In this document: piece by piece, positions 24,114-34,642 of the stretch
How positions within the stretch are numbered: position 1 is the stretch's first letter
Layout: each line of letters opens with the position of its first letter
Source of the DNA: Patescibacteria group bacterium
GTDB lineage: Bacteria; Patescibacteriota; Minisyncoccia; UBA6257; GWB1-50-10
Direction: 5' to 3'
NCBI GenBank assembly: GCA_038065455.1
Contig: JBBTQX010000003.1
Coordinates: 1-64,000 of the forward strand
Length of the DNA stretch: 64,000 nt
The notes under the pieces: model-generated
What the model was told of the DNA's origin: nothing
The model's database searches: none
What the model saw: only the letters and a program-made list of their open reading frames with translations
Translations under genes and position numbers: made by a program

Positions 24114-25409
24114 ATGACTAAAGCGCCTTCTTATTTAAATTTCGTTCTTGCGGCCGCGGCGATAGTCGCCATTCTTTTCCATTTAAACAATATTCTTGGT
24201 CCGACTATCGGCGGCGACACCGAATGGTATATTGCCGCGGCGAACGGCCATCTTAACGAGCTTATAGAGCCATACTCCGGCCGTTTTCTCCATCCGTTCC
24301 TCGTCGGTTCCATCGCCAGCAATTTCTCCATAACCGTCGAACAGGGATTCCTGATTGTTGGTATTGCTTCCATTTTCCTCTTTTTCCTCATCAACGCCTT
24401 TCTTCTCAAAAAAGTTCTCCATTCATCCCCGCTCCTTTTTCCTCTCTTCCTCACGCCTTATTTTTTCAATACCCTGCGGGAGATATTCGAGCCGGACGCT
24501 TTTTACATCTTCCTCTCGGCTTTGTTTTTACTTTTTCTGTTTTACAAAATGGAGCGTTCGGGGCTTCTGACTCTTTTTCTGCTTCTGCTTTCGAGGGAAA
24601 CGACGGCGATTCTGGGCCTAATGTATGCCGGAATGGCCTGGTTTCTGTCGAAGAAAAAATTGCTGGCGATAGCGATTATCGCCGTTATGGGAGTTTCCTT
24701 CTATCTTACGGGCATTATGAAGAGTATCGGCCGGCCGAACATCCATAATTTGAGCGGTTCTGCCTATATGGTCTCCAAACTCTCGTACAACTTCCTCACG
24801 AACGTGGCGGGCGTGAAGCCCTGGATAAACACGACGAATATTTGCGAGCCGGTTTTCAAAATATCCCTGCCGGCGAATAAATCCCTGGGAAACGTCCGGG
24901 AAATCGGTTTCTGCGGCTTTGATTTGTCGTTCCCCTTAAAAGCTCTAATTACTCTGCTCTCTATTTTCGGGATGGCTCCGCTAATCGTTTTTTACGTATT
25001 CCTGAAAAAAAGAAGGGAAATCTTCAAAAATTTTTCTTTCGGCATCCTTCTCGCTTCCGGCTACGGCCTGGCCATTTATATTATCGGCATTTTCGCCGGC
25101 ACTGGTATCGGAAGAATTGTGGGTTATGCCTGGCCTTTATTCCTGATTGCCGGACCCGTCTGGCTTTCGGCTTTTTTCGAAACCGACCGGAAGTTCATCC
25201 TCAAACTTTCTTTGATTCAGCTTTTCACGGTCTGGCTGCCTTTTATTGTTTATAAAATAAATGGCGATGCGATGAATTCGCTGATATTCATATTGGCTGT
25301 GGTTTTAACAATCTATTTTTACGCTTTCCGAATCATGAAGAATCAAACGATAAAACCGGAAACAAATCTCAAAGAATTGCCGAATTATGCCTTAAGCGAT
25401 AGGATATAA
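24114..25409 (+). CDS. Polytopic membrane protein (GT-C / polymerase-like)
   Basis: About 10 TM segments with D..WY, PYSGR and SRE motifs; lies in the glycan cluster. Confidence 0.6.
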   Translation: MTKAPSYLNFVLAAAAIVAILFHLNNILGPTIGGDTEWYIAAANGHLNELIEPYSGRFLHPFLVGSIASNFSITVEQGFLIVGIASIFLFFLINAFLLKKVLHSSPLLFPLFLTPYFFNTLREIFEPDAFYIFLSALFLLFLFYKMERSGLLTLFLLLLSRETTAILGLMYAGMAWFLSKKKLLAIAIIAVMGVSFYLTGIMKSIGRPNIHNLSGSAYMVSKLSYNFLTNVAGVKPWINTTNICEPVFKISLPANKSLGNVREIGFCGFDLSFPLKALITLLSIFGMAPLIVFYVFLKKRREIFKNFSFGILLASGYGLAIYIIGIFAGTGIGRIVGYAWPLFLIAGPVWLSAFFETDRKFILKLSLIQLFTVWLPFIVYKINGDAMNSLIFILAVVLTIYFYAFRIMKNQTIKPETNLKELPNYALSDRI

Positions 25410-25415
25410 GCACAA

Positions 25416-27224
25416 ATGATTGCCAATCCGAAAATTAAATTTGGTGTCCTTGGCTGTTCCCGCGTGGCTTTGAAAGGAATGCTGCCTGCCATAAACGATT
25501 CGGAATTTGCCGAACTCGAAATGGTCGGCTCGCGGAACCCGGAAAAATCGAAAGAAACGGGAACGCGATTCGGAGCCAAATCCTGGGGAAATTACGAGGA
25601 TGTCCTTAAAAATAAAAATGTCCAAGCCGTCTACATATCGCTGCCGAACGCTCTCCATGAAGAATGGACGATAAAGGCGCTTGAAGCCGGAAAACACGTC
25701 ATCTGCGAAAAACCGACCGCAATTTCCTACGGCGCCGCAAAAAGAATGGTTGAGGCGGCAAAAAAGAACAATGTCCGCCTTCTCGAAGGATTTATGTTCC
25801 GCTACCATCCCCAACATGCCAAAGTGAAGGAATTAATCGCGAACGGGATACTGGGAGAGCTCGTGAGATTCGAAGGATGCTTCAGCTATGCGATGCCCGA
25901 TAGGAAGAGCAACGCGATGAATAAAGAACTGGCCGGCGGTTCCTTCAATGACCAGGCGCCCTACTCGATCTACGCCAGCCGGATGCTCTTCAACGAGGAA
26001 CCGGAAAGCGTTCTGTGCAATATGGCATACGATTCGGAAAGCGGCGTGACCGTTAAAACCGACATGGTCTTGCGCTATCCGAAAGACAAATATGCCTTCG
26101 CTTCATCCTCTTTCGGTTCGTATTTCCAATCGACCTACAGCATTTTGGGAACCAAAGCGCACATCAGAATGAGCCGAGCTTACGCCGTTCCGCGCGAAAC
26201 GGAAACGAAAATATTTTTGGATTCCGATGACGCCGTAAAGGAAATAAAAATAGAACCGGCTGACCAGTTCCGGCTGATGGTGAACGATTTCTGCCAGGAA
26301 ATATCGAGCGGAAAAACCGCGAAGAATTACGAAAACGACCTGCTTGCCCAAGCCAAAGTACTCGAGGCCGCCCGGCGTTCCGATGCGGAAAAACGCATCG
26401 TTCCTTTATCCGAAATAGACGAGAATGTCGAAATCAGCGTCGCCTCAAACGCAAAATATGAACGGGTGCTTCTTACGGGCGCATCCGGAAATCTCGGCCA
26501 AGCGATAGTGCGATCCGGAAAGTTCTCCAAATTGATTATGCCTACGCACGAAGAAATGAATCTCACGGACGAAAAAGCTGTCGCCGAGTTTTTCAAAAAA
26601 GAAAAGCCGGATGCCGTCATCCACTGCGCCGCGATGGTCAAGATGGTCCAGCATGAGAACGAACCGGAAAAAGCCATCGACACCAATATTGTGGGAACCT
26701 GCAATATAGTGAAAGAGGTTTTGCGGGCGGAAAGAACGGGAAAAAAGAAAATAAGGTTTATTTACATATCCACCGACGGCGTCTATCCGGGAACAAGGGG
26801 GAATTATTCCGAAAAAGACGCTACTTTCCCCTATAACAAATACGGCTGGGAAAAACTCGCCGGCGAATGCGTCGTCAATCTGCTTTCCGATTTTTGCGTC
26901 ATTCGGACAAGCTTCTTTGATTCGAATAACATCAGATATGATTCGGCCGCCATCGACAAATATTCCTCCCGGGTGCCGATAAATTATCTGCCCAAAGCCA
27001 TCGCTTTCATGCTTGAAAACAATTTCGTCGGCACGATAAATATCGGCGGAAAAAGAGAATCGGAGTACGATATTTACCGAAAATTCAAACCCTCGATCCA
27101 ATCCTGCACCTACGAAGATATCGTGAGAGATCTCCCGATAAAATTGGCTAGGGACGCTTCATTGGATTCTTCTCTTTGGAATAAAATAAAAGGGGGCGTA
27201 AAAGAGCTTCAAATAGATGACTGA
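25416..27224 (+). CDS. Fusion of Gfo/Idh/MocA oxidoreductase and RmlD-like SDR
   Basis: N-half GVLGCS, AGKHVICEKP, FMFRYHPQH; C-half VLLTGASGNLG, IHCAA, YISTDGVY, YGWEK. Confidence 0.88.
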   Translation: MIANPKIKFGVLGCSRVALKGMLPAINDSEFAELEMVGSRNPEKSKETGTRFGAKSWGNYEDVLKNKNVQAVYISLPNALHEEWTIKALEAGKHVICEKPTAISYGAAKRMVEAAKKNNVRLLEGFMFRYHPQHAKVKELIANGILGELVRFEGCFSYAMPDRKSNAMNKELAGGSFNDQAPYSIYASRMLFNEEPESVLCNMAYDSESGVTVKTDMVLRYPKDKYAFASSSFGSYFQSTYSILGTKAHIRMSRAYAVPRETETKIFLDSDDAVKEIKIEPADQFRLMVNDFCQEISSGKTAKNYENDLLAQAKVLEAARRSDAEKRIVPLSEIDENVEISVASNAKYERVLLTGASGNLGQAIVRSGKFSKLIMPTHEEMNLTDEKAVAEFFKKEKPDAVIHCAAMVKMVQHENEPEKAIDTNIVGTCNIVKEVLRAERTGKKKIRFIYISTDGVYPGTRGNYSEKDATFPYNKYGWEKLAGECVVNLLSDFCVIRTSFFDSNNIRYDSAAIDKYSSRVPINYLPKAIAFMLENNFVGTINIGGKRESEYDIYRKFKPSIQSCTYEDIVRDLPIKLARDASLDSSLWNKIKGGVKELQIDD

Positions 27225-27963
27225 GCTGGATATTTTGATTCCCGTCTACAACGAGGGCGAAAATATCGTTCCGACCCTTCGCGCCCTGAAAGACAAGGTT
27301 AAGACGCCGTTTCGAGTCCTTATCTGCTACGATTTCGACGGCGACGATACCTTGCCGGCGGCGGAACGAATGAAAAAAGAGCTCGGCCTTGAAATTGCCT
27401 TCGTGAAAAATCCCGGAACAGGCGTGCATCGCGCTGTTGTTGCCGGTTTTGAGGCAAACCAAGCGCCAGCCGTTCTGGTCTATCCCGCCGACGAAGTCTA
27501 CAACATAGGCATAATCGATAAAATGCATCGGGAATTCAAAGAAGGCAGCGAAGTGGTTGTCGCGAGCCGATTTATGAAAGGCGGCGGGATGGAAGGCGGC
27601 CCTGTCATTAAATCAATCGTGGTAAGAGCCGCCTCTTTCGTTCTTCATTACATAGTGGGCATACCGGCTTCGGACGCCAGTTACGGACTGAGATTATTCT
27701 CCAAAAAAATCCTTGATGTTGTTCAAATCGAATCCACCGAAGGTTTTACCTATGCCGTGGAACTTCTGGTGAAATGCCATCGCCTCGGCTGGAAAGTTTC
27801 CGAAGTTCCCGCCAAATGGTATAGGAGAGAAAAGGGACAAAGCCGATTTAATTTCAAAAAATGGCTGCCGCACTACTTCCTGTGGTTTATATACGCCTTT
27901 GAAACGACTTACTTGAGAAAATCGGCAAGCACGGTTAAACTGAGACCAGGCGCAAATATCTAA
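27217..27963 (+). CDS. GT2 glycosyltransferase (DPM1-like)
   Basis: LIPVYNEGENI, VVASRF..GG, DASYGLRLF and EVP. Confidence 0.88.
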   Translation: MTELDILIPVYNEGENIVPTLRALKDKVKTPFRVLICYDFDGDDTLPAAERMKKELGLEIAFVKNPGTGVHRAVVAGFEANQAPAVLVYPADEVYNIGIIDKMHREFKEGSEVVVASRFMKGGGMEGGPVIKSIVVRAASFVLHYIVGIPASDASYGLRLFSKKILDVVQIESTEGFTYAVELLVKCHRLGWKVSEVPAKWYRREKGQSRFNFKKWLPHYFLWFIYAFETTYLRKSASTVKLRPGANI

Positions 27964-27967
27964 TAAA

Positions 27968-29209
27968 ATGGAACAAAATTCAACAAGCAGAGTGGTAAAA
28001 GAATGCCAAATATGCGGCAGTTCCGATTTAAAATCGGTATTGTTTCTCGGCTATCTGCCGCCGGTAAACGATTTTCATCCGATCGGCGAAAGGCCCAAGG
28101 AAGAACCGAGTTATCCCGCGGAGATACTTCATTGCGGAAAATGCCATCTCATCCAATCCGGCTTTATTGTTGACCCGAAGATTATTTTCCCTCCTTCTTA
28201 TCCCTACACTTCAAGCACCACCAAGGTATTGAGGGATAATTTCGCGGAGCTCTATCAAGAATGTTCGTCGATGTTCGAACTTAAGCCGGACGACCTGGTG
28301 GTGGACGTGGGCTCAAACGACGGAAATCTTCTGAATAATTTCAAGGGGCACCACAAGGTGCTGGGCATCACTCCGGAAGATATCGGAAAGATAGCGATTG
28401 AAAACGGCATCCCGACTATTCTCGATTATTTCACGAAAGAAGTGGCTTTGCGCGTAAAAAAAGAATACGGGCCGGCGAGAATCGTAACCGCTACGAATGT
28501 TTTCGCCCATATCGATAACGTAAACGAAGTCGTGGAATCCGTTCTCGAAATGCTCGCGGAAAAAGGCGTATTTATAATAGAATCGCATTACGTTCTGCCG
28601 GTAATCCAAATGAACCAATTCGACACCATTTATCACGAACATCTGCGGCATTATTCCATCCACAGCCTGAAATATCTTTTGGAAGCCCACGGCTTTGAAA
28701 TAATCCATACAAAACCCATTCCGAGCCACGCCGGATCAATCAGGATTTACGCCGCGAGAAAAGGAGATTATCCGGTAAAAGACACGGTTGCCCAAATGAT
28801 GGAAACGGAAAAAAACACTATTCTGAAAGACGGAACATTGGCCGAATTCAGAAAAAAAACCATTATCGCCAAATTGGAACTGATGGCGCTTCTTCGCGAC
28901 ATTAAAAAAAGCGGCGGGCGCATCTACGGCATAGGAGCTCCGTCGCGCGGGACTACCCTCATAAATTACACGGGCATCGATGAAGGTATTGTCGACTGCA
29001 TTCTTGAAATAAAGGGTTCGCATAAAATCGGCAAATACGTTCCGGGAACGCTTATCCCCGTGCTTGAGGAATCGAAATTATTCGAGGACCAGCCGGAATA
29101 TGCCCTCTTATTTTCCTGGCAGATTACCGACGAACTGATACCCAAATTGAAAGAGAAAGGTTTTAAGGGAAAATTCATTATTCCTTTGCCTAGCCCTCAT
29201 ATCGTATAA
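27968..29209 (+). CDS. NDP-hexose C-methyltransferase-like class I SAM enzyme
   Basis: CQICGS zinc site, VDVGSNDG.LL, NVFAH, FDTIYHEH, HAGSIR and GAPSRG.TL. Confidence 0.88.
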   Translation: MEQNSTSRVVKECQICGSSDLKSVLFLGYLPPVNDFHPIGERPKEEPSYPAEILHCGKCHLIQSGFIVDPKIIFPPSYPYTSSTTKVLRDNFAELYQECSSMFELKPDDLVVDVGSNDGNLLNNFKGHHKVLGITPEDIGKIAIENGIPTILDYFTKEVALRVKKEYGPARIVTATNVFAHIDNVNEVVESVLEMLAEKGVFIIESHYVLPVIQMNQFDTIYHEHLRHYSIHSLKYLLEAHGFEIIHTKPIPSHAGSIRIYAARKGDYPVKDTVAQMMETEKNTILKDGTLAEFRKKTIIAKLELMALLRDIKKSGGRIYGIGAPSRGTTLINYTGIDEGIVDCILEIKGSHKIGKYVPGTLIPVLEESKLFEDQPEYALLFSWQITDELIPKLKEKGFKGKFIIPLPSPHIV

Positions 29210-29212
29210 CGA

Positions 29213-29245
29213 AAACACCGCCCACAAGGGCGGCGTTCCTTTTTT
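29213..29245. terminator. Intrinsic terminator between convergent genes
   Basis: CCGCCC-ACAA-GGGCGG followed by a T-rich tract. Confidence 0.65.
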
Positions 29246-29249
29246 AGAA

Positions 29250-29642
29250 TTATTTCTTTTCCAAACCGAAATCCTCGTGAATAATAGGCTTTTCGCAATC
29301 GTCCCATTTCTTGGTTAGGAAAGTGACGTATCGGATATCCGTAATCGCATAGGTAATGTGGGGCACGTTCTGCGGAATGTGAACGCAATCCCCTGCGCTC
29401 ACATAAAGGAATTCTTCCTTGGTTCCGTCATCCGATTTGGTGACCACCGCCCCATGACCGGCGGTAAAAAGGTAATATTCGTCGAACTCCGGATGATAAT
29501 GGCTTCCTCGTATCGTATTTTTGTTAATGAACTGGAAATTAAATTCCACTATCGGCTTATCGGGATAGAAGGTGAAAATACCGCCCCGGCCGTCCCGGAC
29601 GGTATTTAAATTGCACGAAGGGTCTACTTTTTTTATTTTCAT
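29250..29642 (-). CDS. Cupin-domain protein (sugar isomerase/epimerase-like)
   Basis: DGRG, RGSHYH...E and GDCVHIP.NVPH motifs. Confidence 0.8.
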   Translation of the reverse strand: MKIKKVDPSCNLNTVRDGRGGIFTFYPDKPIVEFNFQFINKNTIRGSHYHPEFDEYYLFTAGHGAVVTKSDDGTKEEFLYVSAGDCVHIPQNVPHITYAITDIRYVTFLTKKWDDCEKPIIHEDFGLEKK

Positions 29643-29657
29643 ATTATCGGAATTCTA

Positions 29658-30890
29658 TCAAAAAGCCGCGATTTTTTCAATTTCTCGGGCTGCAAGGGCG
29701 GCGTTCAGATTCTTTTCGGCGAAGAGCCGGCCGTTTTCGCCCAGCTTCGCAATACTTTTCCTGTCCCGATACATCTTTCTCGCCAATTCCTCGGCTTTGC
29801 CGATATCGGTTGAACCGGCGACGAAGCCGCACTTCGCTTCTTCAATAAGCGTGGAGCGGAGACTTTCCTTATTCACAAAAGCGAGCACAGGAACGCCGGC
29901 CGCCATATAGGCCGGAATCTTGGCCGGAAAAATCGGCGTCGTATTGCGCGAAGTCAGAGACACCAATCCGACATCGGCATCTTTCAAAAGAAATGGGAAT
30001 TTCTCTTTCAAAACCAGGGGTTTGAAAATCACGTTTCCCAGATTTTTTTCTTTCGCGATTTTCATAAGTTTTTCTTTTTCCGTCCCGTCGCCGACGAAAA
30101 GAAAAACCGCATCCGGCAAATCTTTTACTCGCTCGGCGACTTGAAGCACAAATTCCAAGCTTTGCGACGGTCCCAGAATGCCGCCGAAAAAGAAGATGAG
30201 TTTGTCTTTCGAAATGCCGAATTTTTCCCTGAAACGGTTTGTCCGCTTCGCCTCTTCGAATTGGCGCATATCCACCCAATGAGGCACCGAACTCACCTTC
30301 TCCGACGGAACGCCGCGCATCCGTTCCAAAAATTCCTTATGCCCAATCGAAGGAACGATAATCACATCGGCTTCCCGGTAAACATACGATTCCATTTTTT
30401 CGAAAAACCATTTTAAAACGGCGGCCGAAAAAGGCAGAAAAGGAACCTTGAGAATGCCGAGATCCACCGCATTCTGCGGAAAGATATCATGGACATTCAA
30501 AACAAAGCGCGCCTTGAAACGGCGCTTCAACGCCACGGCGGCGAGTGCTAAAGGAAGCGGCGGGGTATGGATAAATATCGCGTCCGTCGGTCCCGCCAAG
30601 CGCTTTGCGGCCCGGAAGAACGTAATAGGCATAAAAAGCTGGGAGAAGCCCCTAAAAATGAAGTTTACTTTGTGATGAGGCAGGGTCTTTATGCGGATAA
30701 CCCGGATACCGGCTTCGTTCTCGACTTCCGAAAGCGACACGTTCCCATCCGCCAGATTATAGGCCGGATAGGAAGCGAGAACGGTAATTTCGTGGCCGAG
30801 CTTTTTCAAATTCTCTGCAAGTTCGGCCATTAAATGGGATGCCGAGCGCACTTCCGGCGGGTAAGAGTCGGTAATGACAAGAATCCTCAT
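29658..30890 (-). CDS. GT4 glycosyltransferase (WbuB-like)
   Basis: YPPE, VHDIFPQNA, GG.LG..Q, FVGDG and PAKI.AYMAAG.PV. Confidence 0.9.
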   Translation of the reverse strand: MRILVITDSYPPEVRSASHLMAELAENLKKLGHEITVLASYPAYNLADGNVSLSEVENEAGIRVIRIKTLPHHKVNFIFRGFSQLFMPITFFRAAKRLAGPTDAIFIHTPPLPLALAAVALKRRFKARFVLNVHDIFPQNAVDLGILKVPFLPFSAAVLKWFFEKMESYVYREADVIIVPSIGHKEFLERMRGVPSEKVSSVPHWVDMRQFEEAKRTNRFREKFGISKDKLIFFFGGILGPSQSLEFVLQVAERVKDLPDAVFLFVGDGTEKEKLMKIAKEKNLGNVIFKPLVLKEKFPFLLKDADVGLVSLTSRNTTPIFPAKIPAYMAAGVPVLAFVNKESLRSTLIEEAKCGFVAGSTDIGKAEELARKMYRDRKSIAKLGENGRLFAEKNLNAALAAREIEKIAAF

Positions 30891-32516
30891 TTATTTGAAA
30901 TGACGATAGAACTCCTTTTTGGCCAATTCATACCGGTTGCCCCAGCCTTTCATCTTTTGAAGCTTTTCCTCCAAATCAAGCATAATCTTCGCCGAAATAA
31001 GGATGGATTCGATGGAATCGCCTTCTTCGTTCCGGGCAATCTTCGCGCCGATTGTCCGGTACATGTCCCGATAGCTCTGGGTTTTGAATATCCTCTTTTT
31101 CCTGATTATCCGGTGGTTGTCTTCGGATTGGTACTTGATGGCGTCGGTTATCCGAATGTTTTTTCCGTGTACCTTCAACTCCACGATATCCCGCGGACCG
31201 ACCCTTGATGTGCCTTTTTCGCTGAAAGTCGTCGTGAAAGACGCGCCATTTTCCAATTCTATCCAGACCTCAACAGCGTGGTCGTGGAGAAGTTTGATAT
31301 CAAAATCTTTCGGCTTGCTGAAATTATTCAGATGAAGGAAGTGATCGATTTGGTGGCAGCCGTTCGCGAAAAAAGTACTCCGCGAAACCGGCCAGTTGTA
31401 CCAGAAAAATTCCGGCTGGATGAGCTCGTAAACGATGGAGTGATAGGAAATCGGATCGCCGCACTTCACGCCCAAATCCTTGAGGGCGAATTTGTTGAAT
31501 ATTCCGTAGCGCTTATGGAAGCCGATGAAAACTTTCCGGCCCGCCTGACGCAGGGCTTTTTCCAATTCGGCCAGTTCCTCATAGTCGTTTACGACCGGCT
31601 TTTCCACCACGGCGTAGGCGCCCCGCTTCAAGGCGTGGAGAGTGATGGGAACGTGGGTGTGGTTGTAGCTCGCAACGAAATACACGTCGCCTTTTTCATC
31701 CGTTTCGGGAAAAGGCGCGGAGCTCCATTTTTCCACTCGCCGCTCGATAGAAATCTGCGTCGGGTCTATTTCATGGACCGTCCGGATATCCACGAACGGC
31801 TTCATATAAGGAAGAATATTTATTTTGGCGTAGTTGCCGAAGCCGAAAAGAATCCCGGTCTTCGGAGAGTTCGCCTCTATTTTCGATATCTCATCTTTGA
31901 TCTCTGATACCGGACTCGCATTCCGCGCATCGACATGTTCCGCTTTGGACCAGTCGGTATTTTTTATTTCTTCCCGAAATCCTTTTTCCAGCCTTCCGCG
32001 CATTTCTTCCGAAACTTTTTCTCCCGAATACACGCTCCAAGCTTTCATTTCGCTCCACCATTGGTTTTGCTTTCCGCTGTTCCGCAAAGGATAGTAAAGA
32101 ATTTCATTGTCTTTTCCATCAAAGGCGGACCCGCCTTGGGCGGGGAAAATAAACTCTTCGGACAAGACAATCCGTTCGGCGAGCGCCGGATGCCAAGGAG
32201 CCAAAAAACCGACGGTATCGCCCTCGTGGAAATTTCCGCCCTCCGGCTTCTCCAAGATTTTTCCGATGCCGCAGGCGATATACTTGTCGTTGCGCCGCTC
32301 TTCCCGAAGGCGCGACCAGGTTTTCGTGAACATTCCGACCGGCCCCACGACCGGGAAATAATTCAAAAGCAGGCGCAGGCTTTTGGGCCGCGTATGATAG
32401 ACGTTTTCGAGTTTTTCGAGGTTTTTCCAGGCCAGAACGCGGACCCGATATCCGCTCTTATTCCGAAAATAGTCCAAAAAGCCGCCCCTCCATTTTTTGC
32501 CGGCAAGTATCCTCAT
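30891..32516 (-). CDS. Gfo/Idh/MocA-type oxidoreductase with N-terminal extension
   Basis: GFGNYA, VVEKP, IGFHKRY and NGCHQID. Confidence 0.7.
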   Translation of the reverse strand: MRILAGKKWRGGFLDYFRNKSGYRVRVLAWKNLEKLENVYHTRPKSLRLLLNYFPVVGPVGMFTKTWSRLREERRNDKYIACGIGKILEKPEGGNFHEGDTVGFLAPWHPALAERIVLSEEFIFPAQGGSAFDGKDNEILYYPLRNSGKQNQWWSEMKAWSVYSGEKVSEEMRGRLEKGFREEIKNTDWSKAEHVDARNASPVSEIKDEISKIEANSPKTGILFGFGNYAKINILPYMKPFVDIRTVHEIDPTQISIERRVEKWSSAPFPETDEKGDVYFVASYNHTHVPITLHALKRGAYAVVEKPVVNDYEELAELEKALRQAGRKVFIGFHKRYGIFNKFALKDLGVKCGDPISYHSIVYELIQPEFFWYNWPVSRSTFFANGCHQIDHFLHLNNFSKPKDFDIKLLHDHAVEVWIELENGASFTTTFSEKGTSRVGPRDIVELKVHGKNIRITDAIKYQSEDNHRIIRKKRIFKTQSYRDMYRTIGAKIARNEEGDSIESILISAKIMLDLEEKLQKMKGWGNRYELAKKEFYRHFK

Positions 32517-32635
32517 CCCGTTAGAGACAAGATGCGCTTTTTAAGCGCATCTGTTTGTTATGCGGACTTTTTGATTTTTCGAACCGAATGTAATTGTTTC
32601 TTTTCATATATCTATCTTGAACGTCTCTAACGGGA
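32516..32635. mobile_element. MITE-like element, 120 bp
   Basis: 13-bp TIR TCCCGTTAGAGAC/GTCTCTAACGGGA, internal hairpin AGATGCGCTT-TTT-AAGCGCATCT, related copy at 34641. Confidence 0.8.
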
Positions 32636-32681
32636 CTCATATTCGATATAATATAACCAACTTTTATAGATATCAAATCGG

Positions 32682-33857
32682 CTAAAAGAAATTGTTAAGC
32701 GCTTCCGTTATTTTTTCCGCGGCGAAGCCGTCGCCGAAGGCGCCGTGTTTTTTGGCCATGGACGCGTAATGCGCCGGCTCGTCCAATAGCCAGAAAGTTT
32801 CACGGATAATGGCGCTTTTTTCGGCGCCGACAAGCATGGCGTTTCCGGCCGCGACGGCCTCGGGCCGCTCCGTCGTTTTGCGGAGCACCAGAATCGGCTT
32901 ACCCATCAAAGAAACTTCCTCCTGAATGCCGCCCGAGTCCGATAGGATAATATGTGCCTTGCCCATTAAAAAGAGAAATGGTTTGTAATCCAGCGGTTCG
33001 GTAAGCAGAATACCCGGCGCGCCGCGGAGCATCTTGAAAACCGTTTCCCGGACATTCGGATTGGGATGCACCGGATAAACAAACAGGATATCCGGCCTCT
33101 TTTTTGAAATTTCAATAAGCGCTTCACAAATGTTTTTAAGCCCCTCCTCGAAATTCTCCCGCCGATGGGCGGTGACGAGGATTATTTTCTTTTCCCCGGA
33201 AAATTCCATTCCGTATTTTTCGTTGAAATAATTTTCCCACTTCGCGCCGAAATCTTTTCCGGCGGAAACGAGGCGCACGGCGTCCAGCGCCGTATTTCCC
33301 GTGACGAATATCCAGCTCTCCGGAATGTTTTCTTTCAGAAGATTTTTCTTGGCATCTTCGGTCGAAGCGAAATGAATATCGACCAAAGGCGCGATAAGCC
33401 GGCGATGCGCTTCTTCGGGAAAAGGATCGGACTTATTCCAAGTGCGCAGGCCAGCCTCAACATGAGCGATTCTGATTTTGAGATAGAACCCTATAAGCGC
33501 GGCGAGAAAAGCGGTAAAGGTATCACCCTGAACCGCGAGAAGATCGGGCTTTTCTTTTTTTATTATCCTCACGAAAGACAAAAGCCCCCAGGCGCTTTTT
33601 ACCCCGCTCCAGCCTTTCCTAAAAATCCCCGCTCCGAAAAATTCCCGGTCATTCAGGGATATTTTTAAATCAAAATCCGGCTTCAAACCGAAGGCAGAGA
33701 GCGCCTGGTCCAGCATCGCGCCATGCTGGCGGAAGACACAAGCGAGTACCCTGAATTTTCCGGAAGCTCGGAGCGAAAGGATGATCGGCGCAAGTTTGAT
33801 TGCTTCGGGTCGGGTGCCGAAAACCACGAGAACCGTTTTTAATTTCGACCCTGTCAT
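32682..33857 (-). CDS. wecB: UDP-N-acetylglucosamine 2-epimerase (non-hydrolysing)
   Basis: FGTRPEAIKLAP, QGDT, HVEAGLR, PFPEE, TAHRREN, DSGGIQEE and TERPE. Confidence 0.95.
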   Translation of the reverse strand: MTGSKLKTVLVVFGTRPEAIKLAPIILSLRASGKFRVLACVFRQHGAMLDQALSAFGLKPDFDLKISLNDREFFGAGIFRKGWSGVKSAWGLLSFVRIIKKEKPDLLAVQGDTFTAFLAALIGFYLKIRIAHVEAGLRTWNKSDPFPEEAHRRLIAPLVDIHFASTEDAKKNLLKENIPESWIFVTGNTALDAVRLVSAGKDFGAKWENYFNEKYGMEFSGEKKIILVTAHRRENFEEGLKNICEALIEISKKRPDILFVYPVHPNPNVRETVFKMLRGAPGILLTEPLDYKPFLFLMGKAHIILSDSGGIQEEVSLMGKPILVLRKTTERPEAVAAGNAMLVGAEKSAIIRETFWLLDEPAHYASMAKKHGAFGDGFAAEKITEALNNFF

Positions 33858-34642
33858 TTTCCTTTCAGTCTTGCCTTAAAAATCTTTATATCCACCAAAA
33901 ATCTGTACCAAAATCCCTGGAGAGAGTGGAAAATCAGCCCTTCTTTTCCGTCCAAAAAGCCGAGCCGGATGAAAAAACGGTAGAAAAAATAAAGGCACGG
34001 CCGTAAAAATGGCGGCAAGCGGTAATAAAAAGAGCGTTTCGGATCATTCGCGGCTCCGCCGTTCAGGATATCCTTCACTTCCCTGTCCGAATATTTTTTG
34101 TGGCGCTCTATCCATTCTTTCAATCCTTTCCGGTTATCGTCCACAAAATCGTTTTTCAGGCGGCCGGACTCGCCTTCGAGCAATATCATATGCTCATCCA
34201 TCTCTTTGTCTTCGGAACGGCCCATACCTTTCCGCCACAGCCTTAAAAACCAAATCGGATAATAGCCGCCGTGTTTTATCCAGCGTCCCATAAAATAAAC
34301 GCGGCGCTTCATATAATATCCGTTGACTGCGGACCCGGAACCAATGACATTTTTTATTTCCTCCGCGAGTTCGGGAGTGAGATACTCATCGGCATCCAAC
34401 TTCAAAATCCATTCGCCTTTTATTTCCAAATAATCCAGCGCCCAATTGAACTGTTCCGCCTGATTTTTGAAAGAATGGGTAAATGTTTCGGCGCCGAGTT
34501 TTTTTGCCAATTCAACCGTTCCATCCGTACTGCCAGAATCAACTACGATTATCTGGGACGCGAGACTGCCGACGCTTTTAAGGCATCTTTCAAGATGTAC
34601 GGCTTCGTCTTTGGTAAGAACTATAAGAGTAAGGTTATTCAT
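33854..34642 (-). CDS. GT2 glycosyltransferase
   Basis: VVDSGSTDGT, LDADE, LRLWR and GFLDGKEG. Confidence 0.9.
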   Translation of the reverse strand: MNNLTLIVLTKDEAVHLERCLKSVGSLASQIIVVDSGSTDGTVELAKKLGAETFTHSFKNQAEQFNWALDYLEIKGEWILKLDADEYLTPELAEEIKNVIGSGSAVNGYYMKRRVYFMGRWIKHGGYYPIWFLRLWRKGMGRSEDKEMDEHMILLEGESGRLKNDFVDDNRKGLKEWIERHKKYSDREVKDILNGGAANDPKRSFYYRLPPFLRPCLYFFYRFFIRLGFLDGKEGLIFHSLQGFWYRFLVDIKIFKARLKGK

